Shown here: piece after piece, positions 1 to 7,407 of the stretch
How positions within the stretch are numbered: position 1 is the stretch's first letter
Layout: the number at the start of each line of letters is the position of its first letter
The notes under the pieces: generated by a model
Told to the model about the DNA's origin: nothing
The model's input: the letters and a program-made list of their open reading frames with translations, nothing else
Databases searched by the model: none
Made by a program: the position numbers and the translations under genes
From: Pseudomonadota bacterium
GTDB lineage: Bacteria > Pseudomonadota > Gammaproteobacteria > Xanthomonadales > Xanthomonadaceae
Length of the DNA stretch: 24,000 bases
Direction of reading: 5' to 3'
Assembly (NCBI GenBank): GCA_040385305.1
Contig: JAZKHR010000022.1
Coordinates: 1-24,000, forward strand

Positions 1-417
1 GCCTCGCTGGGCGGCATCAAGGAAATGAACCGCCTGCCCGACGCGCTGTTCGTGATCGACATCGGCCATGAAGACATCGCCATCAAGGAAGCCAAGAAGC
101 TCGGCATCCCTGTGATCGCGGTGGTCGACACCAACTACAACCCGGAGCTGGTCGACTACGCGATCCCGGGCAACGACGACGCCATCCGCGCCGTGCAGCT
201 GTACGCCGGTGCCGCCGCCGACGCCGTGCTGGAAGGCAAGGCCGCCGCGCCGAGCGCCGCGACCGTGCGCGAACAGGACTTCGCTGGCGGCGCCGAAGGC
301 GACGACAAGAAGAGCCGCCGCGCGCCGGCAAAGAAGGCGGCGTCTGCTGCCGATGCCCCGGCTGCTGAAGCTCCGGCCGCCGACGCTGTCGAAGACGCCG
401 CACCCAAGACCGAGTAA
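1..417 (+). CDS. rpsB: 30S ribosomal protein S2, C-terminal part (5' end lies outside the window)
   Basis: The frame is open from nt 1 ([68 protein letters not shown]), a typical S2 C-terminal core. It is followed by an Ala/Pro/Lys-rich tail and TAA at 415-417. It sits directly upstream of tsf, as in the conserved rpsB-tsf operon. Confidence 0.95.
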   Translation, partial: ASLGGIKEMNRLPDALFVIDIGHEDIAIKEAKKLGIPVIAVVDTNYNPELVDYAIPGNDDAIRAVQLYAGAAADAVLEGKAAAPSAATVREQDFAGGAEGDDKKSRRAPAKKAASAADAPAAEAPAADAVEDAAPKTE

Positions 418-429
418 TCCGGGCGTCAT

Positions 430-458
430 CCGCTCGCGCCACGCTGCGCGAGCGGTTT
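430..458 (+). terminator. Candidate intercistronic attenuator hairpin in the rpsB-tsf spacer
   Basis: Perfect 10-bp stem CCGCTCGCGC (430-439) / GCGCGAGCGG (446-455) with a 6-nt loop, followed by only TTT (456-458). A second 7-bp hairpin GCGGACC/GGTCCGC lies at 474-492. The short U-tract suggests partial termination or an RNA-processing site rather than a strong terminator. Confidence 0.3.
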
Positions 459-546
459 GCATGCCTTTCGCAGGCGGACCTCCGCGGTCCGCTTCGCCGA
501 TCCGGCGGGCCACGCCCGCCCTCTCCAACACATCGAGGTAACCCCC

Positions 547-1425
547 ATGGCAGAAATCACCGCGTCCCTGGTCAAGGAACTGCGCGAGCGCACCGGCGCC
601 GGCATGATGGAGTGCAAGAAGGCACTCACCGAGAACAACGGCGACATCGACGCTTCCGCCGAGTGGCTGCGCAAGTCCGGACTGGCCAAGGCCGACAAGA
701 AGGCCAGCCGCATTGCCGCGGAAGGGCAGATCGTGTCGGCACAAGCCGGCGGCAAGGCCGTGCTGGTCGAAGTCAATTCCGAAACCGACTTCGTGGCCAA
801 GGATGAGAACTTCCTGAACTTCGCCAATGCCGTCGCCCAAGCCGCGCTGGCTTCCGGCGCCGCCGATGCCGAAGCCCTCAAGAGCGTCACCCTGCCCTCC
901 GGCGAGACCATCGAGGAAGCACGCGCGGCGGTCATCTCCAAGGTCGGCGAGAACGTGCAGGTGCGTCGCATCGCCCGCATCGAAAGCAACAACAACGTGG
1001 CCGCCTACGTCCACAGTGGCAAGATCGGCGTGCTGGTCGAAGTGGCCGGCGGCGACACCGACCTCGCGCGTGGCGTGGCCATGCACGTGGCCGCGATGAA
1101 CCCGCCGTACAACAAGGCCGCCGACGTCCCCGCGGATTTCGTGGCCAAGGAAAAGGAAATCGAACTGGCCAAGATGTCCGAGAAGGACAAGCAGAAGCCG
1201 GCCGAGATCCTTGAGAAGATCATCGGCGGCAAGATCGCCAAGATCGTCAACGAGGTCAGCCTGTACGGCCAGCCGTACGTGCTCAATACCGACCAGACGG
1301 TCGAGCAGGCCATGAAGGCCGCGGGCGCCGACGTGGTGGGCTTCCAGCGCCTCGCCGTGGGCGAAGGCATCGAAAAGGTGGTCGAGGATTACGCGGCGGA
1401 AGTCGCCAAGGCCATGCAGGTCTGA
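547..1425 (+). CDS. tsf: Elongation factor Ts
   Basis: [53 protein letters not shown] is the canonical EF-Ts UBA-like N-terminus. GAGGTAA lies 6 nt upstream of ATG 547. The product is 292 aa. The 457 start in the ORF track is an unlikely upstream extension. Confidence 0.96.
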   Translation: MAEITASLVKELRERTGAGMMECKKALTENNGDIDASAEWLRKSGLAKADKKASRIAAEGQIVSAQAGGKAVLVEVNSETDFVAKDENFLNFANAVAQAALASGAADAEALKSVTLPSGETIEEARAAVISKVGENVQVRRIARIESNNNVAAYVHSGKIGVLVEVAGGDTDLARGVAMHVAAMNPPYNKAADVPADFVAKEKEIELAKMSEKDKQKPAEILEKIIGGKIAKIVNEVSLYGQPYVLNTDQTVEQAMKAAGADVVGFQRLAVGEGIEKVVEDYAAEVAKAMQV

Positions 1426-1446
1426 TCCGACCAGATCGGGCTAACT

Positions 1447-1473
1447 AAAAACCCGCCGCGAGGCGGGTTTTTT
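1447..1473. terminator. Bidirectional rho-independent terminator between convergent tsf and pdeM
   Basis: AAAAA-CCCGCC-gcga-GGCGGG-TTTTTT. The GC stem has an A-run on one side and a T-run on the other, so it reads as stem plus U-tract on both strands. It lies 22 nt after the tsf stop and 54 nt after the pdeM stop. Confidence 0.8.
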
Positions 1474-1526
1474 ATGGGCGATGGCGTGACATCGCAACTT
1501 TTCCGAGGCCGTGTCGCCATCCCGCG

Positions 1527-2195
1527 TCAGGCCGGCTCATCCGCCGCTGGCAATGCCACGGAGAACGCGGGCGATGCCATCACATGCCCGTGCACGCAGG
1601 CGAGCCACGCGTCCTGCATCGAGACTTTCCAGCCACCCGTCATCGCGGAAAAGGCCGGCAGTACCAGCCCGCCTTGCTGCAAATGGAACACCGGGAACGA
1701 CGCTCCCAGCGCCTTCAAGCGCACCACGGGATGCACGTGGCCGGAGATGCAGATGCCGGCGTCCCCGGCTTCATGCTCGTGTGAGAAACGGAATGGCCCC
1801 TCAGACAGGCGTTCGGCGATGACCTCGATGTCGAGACCGGCCGCATCCAGCCCGCGATCGTGGTTGCCGAGCACCACGTCGACCGAAATTGGATGGCGGG
1901 TGCGGAACGCGTGCCACGCCTCGCGCCAGCGCGCGACCCCGGCCGTGCCGTGGATGAAGTCGCCCAGCACACGCAGGCGCGTTGCCTGCGTGTGCTCCAG
2001 CAATTCGGACAGCCGCGAAAGATCCGCCTGCGTGCCGCCGGACGGCAGTGCGATGCCGGCCGAGCGGAACACGTCGTCCTTGCCGAGATGCAGGTCCGCG
2101 ATCACCAACAAGCGCCGCCTGGGCCAATGCAGCGCGCGCTGGGCGAACAGCTGGATGGTTTCACCGGCGAGGACGGCGTTGCTGCAGTCGAGCAT
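1527..2195 (-). CDS. pdeM: Ligase-associated DNA damage response metallophosphoesterase/endonuclease PdeM (MPE)
   Basis: Calcineurin-like phosphoesterase motifs appear in order: VIADLHLGKD, VLGDFIHG, LGNHD, SGHVHP. The product is 222 aa. The start ATG 2195 is preceded by GGAGGA with a 6-nt spacer. It is the last gene of the exonuclease-ligase-helicase-PdeM cluster. The 2357 start in the ORF track is an extension into the helicase gene. Confidence 0.85.
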   Translation of the reverse strand: MLDCSNAVLAGETIQLFAQRALHWPRRRLLVIADLHLGKDDVFRSAGIALPSGGTQADLSRLSELLEHTQATRLRVLGDFIHGTAGVARWREAWHAFRTRHPISVDVVLGNHDRGLDAAGLDIEVIAERLSEGPFRFSHEHEAGDAGICISGHVHPVVRLKALGASFPVFHLQQGGLVLPAFSAMTGGWKVSMQDAWLACVHGHVMASPAFSVALPAADEPA

Positions 2196-4668
2196 GCTTG
2201 TCCTCCAGTTTCTCCGCGGTGCGGGCCACGCGCGTCTTCCAGTCCTCGGTGCTGAGTTGCCCGCGCAATGACTCCGCCCACAGCGGAAACGAAAACGGGG
2301 TGAGGCTGGGTGGCAGGCGCAGGTCCGGGCCGCGGGCGCGCAGGGCCAGCAGCGCATCGGTGATGGCCTGCACGTCCAGTTGTTGCTCCATGACTTCGCG
2401 CTGGGCCTGGCCCAGCAGCATGTGGCCGGGATCGTGCTGCTTCAGGACATCGAAGATGAGTCCGCTGGACGCCTGCAACTGGCGCATCGAACGCGGCGCG
2501 CGGCCAGGCAGCGACGGCGGCAGCAGGCCTGCGACCCGCGCAACCTCACGGAACTGCCTGCGCGCGAGCTCCGCCAGGTTCACGCCTTCGAGCAGGTCGT
2601 CCAGCACGTTGGCGGGATCGAGTAACGTCGCCAGCGTGTCGGCATCCATTTCGGTGCGGGCCTGCGCCGAGACCACCAGCCCGTAGTCGTTTGCCGCATA
2701 GCCGAAGGTATTGGGCTGGACCCGGCCCCAGCGCAACGCCAGCAGCGCGGCCAGGCCTTCGTTCACCAGCCTTCCGGCAAAGGTGTAGATGAACAGGTGC
2801 CAGCCATCGCGGGTGCGCAGGAATTCAGCCACGCTGCGGGTCGCCTTCGGCACCTGCGACAGCGCCGCCTGCAGGTCCAGCAGCTCACGCGCATGGCGCA
2901 TTTCCGGTGAGCGCACATCCTCCTCGAGGGTGCGTAGCATCTGCCGGCCGAGCTCGTTGGACAACGGCATGCGCCCGCCCATCCACTTGGGCACACGGCC
3001 ATCGCGCACCTTGGCGATGCGCACGTAGGCGGTCATGTCCTGGATGCGCGCCAGTTCCAGGGTGCGGCCCGCGAACTGGAAGACGTCGCGTGGGCGCAGG
3101 CGCGCGATGAAGCTTTCCTCCACCGACCCCAGCACGCCTCCCTTGAGCAGGCGCACGGTCAGGCTGCCGTCGCTGGTGATGGTGCCGATGTTGAGGCGAT
3201 GGCGCAGCGCGGCACGCCGGTCAAGCATCCGATAGACACCGTCGGCGCCCACCTCGACCCGGCGGAAATCCGGGTAGTGTTCCAGCGCCGCGCCACCGCG
3301 CACGATGAAATCCAGCACCAGCTGGAACTGTTCCCGGGTCAGGTCGCGGAAGCTGTAACTCCCCTGCACTTCCGCCAGCAACGCGTCCGCGGTGAAGCCG
3401 CCGCCCAGCGCGAGGGTCACGCAATGCTGGGCCAGCACGTCCAGCGACAGCCTCGGCACCGGCCGCGATTCGATGTGCCCCGCCAGCAATGCCTGCCGCG
3501 CCGCGGCGTATTCGATGACTTCCAGCGCATGGGTGGGCACGCAGATGATGGCGCCCGCCTCGCCCGGTCGATGCCGCGCGCGACCGGCACGCTGGATCAG
3601 GCGCGCCACGCCTTTCGGGCTGCCGACCTGGAACACCTGGTCCACGGCCGGGAAATCGACGCCCAGGTCGAGGCTGGATGTTGCCACCACGCAGCGCACG
3701 CTGCCGTCGCGCAGACCCTGCTCCGCCTGCGCGCGCAATGCCTGCGACATCGAGCCGTGATGGAGGGCCAGTGTCTCCGGCGCGTCCAGCCACACCGAGG
3801 CCAGCGCCTTGTGCCACAGCTCCGCCTGCGAGCGGGTGTTGGTGAACACGACGCTCGAGCGCGCATCGGCCAGCAGCGCGCTGACCCGCTGCAGCTGGCT
3901 GAGCCCAAGGTGGCCCGCCCAGGGAAAGTGTTCGCCGGCATCGGGCAGCAAGGTGTGAAGGGTGATGGCGCGCTTGGCGGCGCCATCGACGATGCGCGCC
4001 GGCATGCCTGCTGGCAGCAGCGCCGCGGCCGCTTCGTCGAGGTTGCCCAACGTGGCCGAGAGCCCCCAGGTGCGCGCGTCGGGCGCCAATGCCCGCACGC
4101 GTGTCAGCGCCAGCTGCAGGAGAACCCCACGCTTGTTGCCCATCAGTTCGTGCCACTCGTCGACCACGATCCAGCGCAGCCCACCCAGCAGATCCGCGGT
4201 TTCGGGATAGCTCAGCATCAGCGACAGGGATTCCGGCGTGATCACCAGCACTTCGGCCTGGCCAGTTCGCGCCAGGCGCCGGTCGCGCGCGCTCGCATCC
4301 CCAGTGCGCATGGCCACGGTCCACGCAATCTCCAGCGCTTCCAGGGGCTCACGCAACGCACGCACGGTGTCATTCGCCAGCGCACGCAAGGGCGTCACCC
4401 ACAGCACCTGGATGCGCCCTGGCCGCGGCGCCTTGCTGTGCTTGGCGGGCGCGGGGACCGGCGGGGCAGCCAAGGCTTCGATCAGCGCGCCACCAAAGGC
4501 CGCCAGCGTCTTGCCGCTACCGGTGGGAGTCACGATGAGGCCGGACTCGCCCGCCAGCCCGCTTCGCCATGCCGCGCGCTGGAAGGCCGAAGGCGACCAG
4601 CCTCGCGCGCCGAACCACTCGAGCAGGCGAGCGCGCGCGGCGCGCAGGGCGGCGGCGCGCGAACTCAA
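2161..4668 (-). CDS. Ligase-associated DEXH-box (Lhr-type) ATP-dependent helicase
   Basis: SF2 motifs: Walker A TPTGSGKTL (4504-4530), DEWH box (4150-4161), SATLGN, VATSSLDLGVDFP, QRAGRARH. The product is about 835 aa, which fits the Lhr-core size. The start is uncertain. The only plausible initiator before the conserved LLEWFGARGW N-terminus is TTG 4668-4666, overlapping the ligase stop. The 5058 start in the ORF track would overlap the ligase gene by about 390 nt. Confidence 0.85.
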   Translation of the reverse strand: MSSRAAALRAARARLLEWFGARGWSPSAFQRAAWRSGLAGESGLIVTPTGSGKTLAAFGGALIEALAAPPVPAPAKHSKAPRPGRIQVLWVTPLRALANDTVRALREPLEALEIAWTVAMRTGDASARDRRLARTGQAEVLVITPESLSLMLSYPETADLLGGLRWIVVDEWHELMGNKRGVLLQLALTRVRALAPDARTWGLSATLGNLDEAAAALLPAGMPARIVDGAAKRAITLHTLLPDAGEHFPWAGHLGLSQLQRVSALLADARSSVVFTNTRSQAELWHKALASVWLDAPETLALHHGSMSQALRAQAEQGLRDGSVRCVVATSSLDLGVDFPAVDQVFQVGSPKGVARLIQRAGRARHRPGEAGAIICVPTHALEVIEYAAARQALLAGHIESRPVPRLSLDVLAQHCVTLALGGGFTADALLAEVQGSYSFRDLTREQFQLVLDFIVRGGAALEHYPDFRRVEVGADGVYRMLDRRAALRHRLNIGTITSDGSLTVRLLKGGVLGSVEESFIARLRPRDVFQFAGRTLELARIQDMTAYVRIAKVRDGRVPKWMGGRMPLSNELGRQMLRTLEEDVRSPEMRHARELLDLQAALSQVPKATRSVAEFLRTRDGWHLFIYTFAGRLVNEGLAALLALRWGRVQPNTFGYAANDYGLVVSAQARTEMDADTLATLLDPANVLDDLLEGVNLAELARRQFREVARVAGLLPPSLPGRAPRSMRQLQASSGLIFDVLKQHDPGHMLLGQAQREVMEQQLDVQAITDALLALRARGPDLRLPPSLTPFSFPLWAESLRGQLSTEDWKTRVARTAEKLEDKHARLQQRRPRR

Positions 4669-6266
4669 GCGGCCATGTCCGCAAGCGTGGCCAGCACATC
4701 GGCATCTGCGGCTGTCTTGTCGGTGCGCCAGCGCAGGATGCGCGGGAAGCGGGTGGCGATACCGGACTTGTGGCGGCTGGATTTGTTGACCGCCTCGAAG
4801 CCGAGTTCGAACACCAGCTCGGGCGCCACCGAGCGCACCGGCCCGAACCGCTCCCGGGTATGTGCGCGGATCCAGCGGTCGAGCTTGAGGATCTCCGCAT
4901 CGGCGAGGCCCGAATAGGCCTTCGCCACCGGTACCAAGCGGTCGCCATCCCAGAGCGCAAACGTGTAGTCCGTGTAGAGATTGCTGCGGCGGCCATGGCC
5001 GGCCTGCGCGTAGACCAGCACCGCGTCGATGGTCATCGGCTCGACCTTCCACTTCCACCAGTCGCCGCGCTTGCGGCCGCCAACGTAGGCGGAACTCGCG
5101 CGCTTGAGCATCAAACCCTCGACGCCGCGCATGCGCGCCTCTTCGCGCAGGACTGCGGCGCTGGACCAGTCAGGCACTTCGACACGATCGGAGAGTTGCA
5201 GCGCAGGATGCCCCTGCCGTGCGACCAGTGCCTCCAGCTGGGCACGTCGCGCATGCAACGGGTGACCGCGCAGGTCCTGGCCGTCGAGTTCGAGCAGGTC
5301 GTAGGCAACCAGCGCCACCGGGGTGTCGGCCAACACCTTGGGACCCGGCTTGCGGCGCTGGATGCGGGTCTGCAGCGCGCCGAACGGACGTGGTTGGTTC
5401 GCGGTGCCATCCCACGCCAGCAGTTCGCCATCAAGCACGCACGGCGGCAGTAGCGCGGCCATGGCTTCCACTTCCGGGAAGCGGCCATCCAGCCGTTCCT
5501 CGCCTCGCGACCACAGCGCGATCTCGCCCTGGCGATGGATCAGCTGCATGCGAATGCCGTCCCACTTCCACTCGAGCAACCATGCATCGATGTCGCCCAG
5601 CGCAGGCGGCTCGCCGTCGAGTGGCGAGGCCAGCTGGAACGCGTACGGGGAACTTGCATCGCCAGGCTGGACTTCGTGCGACAGCAGCTGCCCGGCGAAC
5701 GCCGCGGTGGGCTCCCAGTTGCCGAGCAGACGCTGCGCGATCACCGCCACTTCGAGCCCGGAGACCTCGGCCAGGGCCTGCTGCACCAGCCCCTGCGATA
5801 CACCCACCCGCAGGCTTCCGGTCAGCAGCTTGTTGAACACCAGCCGTTCTGCCTCGCCCAGGCCATCCCACGCCTCGACCATCACCGCGCGCCGGACCGA
5901 TGGCTCCGCGTTGGCCACCGGCCACAACACGCCTGTGATCCAGTCCGCCAGCCCCCGCTCCGCGGCTGCATGCGTGGGCGGCGGCAGCAACAGCGTCAGC
6001 GTTTCCGCCAGGTCCCCCACGTGGTGGTAACTCTCTTCCACCAGCCATGCGGGGTTGCCGGAGACCTCACCCACCCACTCGCGAAGCTCGCCGGTGGTGG
6101 CCAGCTTGCGGCGCGCGCCGCCGACCTTGCCGCCCGACAGCAGGTGGATGGCCCACGCGAGGTCGTCCGCCGGACACGCGCGGAAGTACTCCACGAGCGC
6201 GCGCCGGCGGTCACTGGTGGCGGTCAGGCGGTCCAGCCGCTGGTACAGCTCCGCGAAGCGACGCAT
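4665..6266 (-). CDS. ATP-dependent DNA ligase (ligase-associated damage response type)
   Basis: Nucleotidyltransferase motifs appear in order: motif I EWKWDGIR (KWDG at 5556-5567), motif III CVLDGELLAW, motif IV EGLMLKR, motif V DWWKWK. An N-terminal DNA-binding-like region is present. The product is 533 aa. Start ATG 6266 overlaps the exonuclease stop by 1 nt (TGATG). Confidence 0.9.
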   Translation of the reverse strand: MRRFAELYQRLDRLTATSDRRRALVEYFRACPADDLAWAIHLLSGGKVGGARRKLATTGELREWVGEVSGNPAWLVEESYHHVGDLAETLTLLLPPPTHAAAERGLADWITGVLWPVANAEPSVRRAVMVEAWDGLGEAERLVFNKLLTGSLRVGVSQGLVQQALAEVSGLEVAVIAQRLLGNWEPTAAFAGQLLSHEVQPGDASSPYAFQLASPLDGEPPALGDIDAWLLEWKWDGIRMQLIHRQGEIALWSRGEERLDGRFPEVEAMAALLPPCVLDGELLAWDGTANQPRPFGALQTRIQRRKPGPKVLADTPVALVAYDLLELDGQDLRGHPLHARRAQLEALVARQGHPALQLSDRVEVPDWSSAAVLREEARMRGVEGLMLKRASSAYVGGRKRGDWWKWKVEPMTIDAVLVYAQAGHGRRSNLYTDYTFALWDGDRLVPVAKAYSGLADAEILKLDRWIRAHTRERFGPVRSVAPELVFELGFEAVNKSSRHKSGIATRFPRILRWRTDKTAADADVLATLADMAA

Positions 6267-7255
6267 CAGTCGTCCTCGCCGAACTCGGTATTGAAGGTGC
6301 CGGTGGCGATGCCTTCCTCGTTGAGCGCGCGCACCAGCGCATCGGTGTTGCCATGGGTGGCGATGACACGCTTCGCGCCGGTCTCGCGTACGGTGCGCAG
6401 CAGGTCCGGCCAATCGGCATGGTCGGACACCACGAACCCGCGATCATAGTTGCGGCGCCGACGGTTCCCCCGCACGCGCATCCATCCGGAGGCAAAGCCA
6501 TGCTGGGCGCCGCGGAACCTGCGCACCCAGGTGCTGCCCGCGGCGGACGGCGGTGCCAGCACCAGTTGCCCGGCGAAGTCCGCGCCCTTCGGCGTGTCCG
6601 AGACCTTGAGCGTGTCGATCATGCGGATGCCAGCGGCGCGATAGACCTCGACGCCGGTGGCAATCGCCCCGTGCACGTAGACGGGGCCATCCATGCATGC
6701 GTCCAGCTCGGCCAGCAGGCGCTGCGATTTGCCCAGCCCATAGCAGTACAGGATCGCGGCGTTGCCTTCGCGCGCGCATTCCTCGCGCCATGCCGCGATT
6801 TCGCGTGCCACTTGCGCGGTGTCCGGCCAACGGTACACGGGCAGCCCGAACGTGGCTTCGGTGACAAAGGTGTCGCAGGGAACCACCTCGAATGGCGCGC
6901 AGGTCGGATCGGGGTTTCGCTTGTAGTCGCCCGACACCACCCAGACTTCGCCGCCATGCTCGATGCGCACCTGGGCCGAGCCGAGCACATGCCCGGCCGG
7001 GTGCAGCGACACCGTGGTGTCGCCCAGCGGGAAGCGATCGCCGTAGGCGTGCGCGTGGTAGTCCTGCTCGCCCAGTCGCCATTGCAGGATCGGCAGGCCC
7101 TCGCGCGTGGTGTGGTACTCGCCCATGCCGACACGGGCGTGATCCCCGTGGCCATGGGTGATCACCGCGCGCGGCACGGGCCGCCACGGGTCGATGAAGA
7201 AGTCGCCCGCGGCGCAATGCATGCCTTCCGGACGCACGGTGACCAGGTCCCGCAT
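6266..7255 (-). CDS. Ligase-associated DNA damage response exonuclease (metallo-beta-lactamase fold)
   Basis: MBL motif HGHGDH (7139-7156) lies within AVITHGHGDHARVG. The product is 329 aa. It is the first gene of the 4-gene minus-strand operon. GAGG lies about 10 nt upstream of ATG 7255. Confidence 0.85.
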   Translation of the reverse strand: MRDLVTVRPEGMHCAAGDFFIDPWRPVPRAVITHGHGDHARVGMGEYHTTREGLPILQWRLGEQDYHAHAYGDRFPLGDTTVSLHPAGHVLGSAQVRIEHGGEVWVVSGDYKRNPDPTCAPFEVVPCDTFVTEATFGLPVYRWPDTAQVAREIAAWREECAREGNAAILYCYGLGKSQRLLAELDACMDGPVYVHGAIATGVEVYRAAGIRMIDTLKVSDTPKGADFAGQLVLAPPSAAGSTWVRRFRGAQHGFASGWMRVRGNRRRRNYDRGFVVSDHADWPDLLRTVRETGAKRVIATHGNTDALVRALNEEGIATGTFNTEFGEDD

Positions 7256-7407
7256 GCTGCGATTGCCTCGGTTTGGCCCAACGGTGTATGGGCCGCGCAG
7301 GCGCCCTGCAAGGCACCGCGAAACCCGTTTCAGCTATATGAACGAATCAGGGGTGAATACCCCGTCGCCATCGCACGCGGTGCGACACGCTTCGAGACAA
7401 TGGCGGC
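7256..7407. promoter_or_regulatory. 152-bp divergent control region shared by the LADDR operon (-) and the radical SAM/UDG operon (+)
   Basis: This is the only non-coding DNA between the two divergent first genes. It holds the locally AT-richest patch of the block (7329-7350) and three short inverted repeats: GGCCCA-N8-TGGGCC (7275-7294), TTCA-N6-TGAA (7329-7342) and TCGCAC-GCG-GTGCGA (7371-7385). I could not assign clear -35/-10 hexamers. Confidence 0.45.

Noticed and set aside
241-414. A low-complexity Ala/Pro/Lys/Asp-rich C-terminal tail of S2 with repetitive GCC/GCG codons. It might be mistaken for a tandem repeat.
   Set aside because: It is in frame with rpsB. Such disordered tails are common in high-GC S2 proteins, and there is no exact nucleotide tandem repeat unit.
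3199-4917. A 572-aa + strand ORF antisense to the helicase and the ligase 3' end, plus many smaller nested ORFs between 2380 and 5453
   Set aside because: It has no motifs and its composition is Arg/Ala/Gln-rich. The minus strand carries ordered SF2 helicase and ligase motifs.
4669-5058. Upstream extensions of the helicase (to 5058), ligase (to 6413), PdeM (to 2357), the UDG fusion (from 8510), tsf (from 457), pyrH (from 15951) and katE (to 12259) as given in the ORF track
   Set aside because: Each extension overlaps the preceding gene or lacks an RBS. Homolog-like N-termini and Shine-Dalgarno sequences support the shorter starts listed under features.
7256-7407. A search for a LexA/SOS box in the divergent repair-operon spacer
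   Set aside because: Neither CTGT-N8-ACAG nor the TTAG...TACTA Xanthomonadales-type motif is present. I therefore make no SOS-regulation claim.
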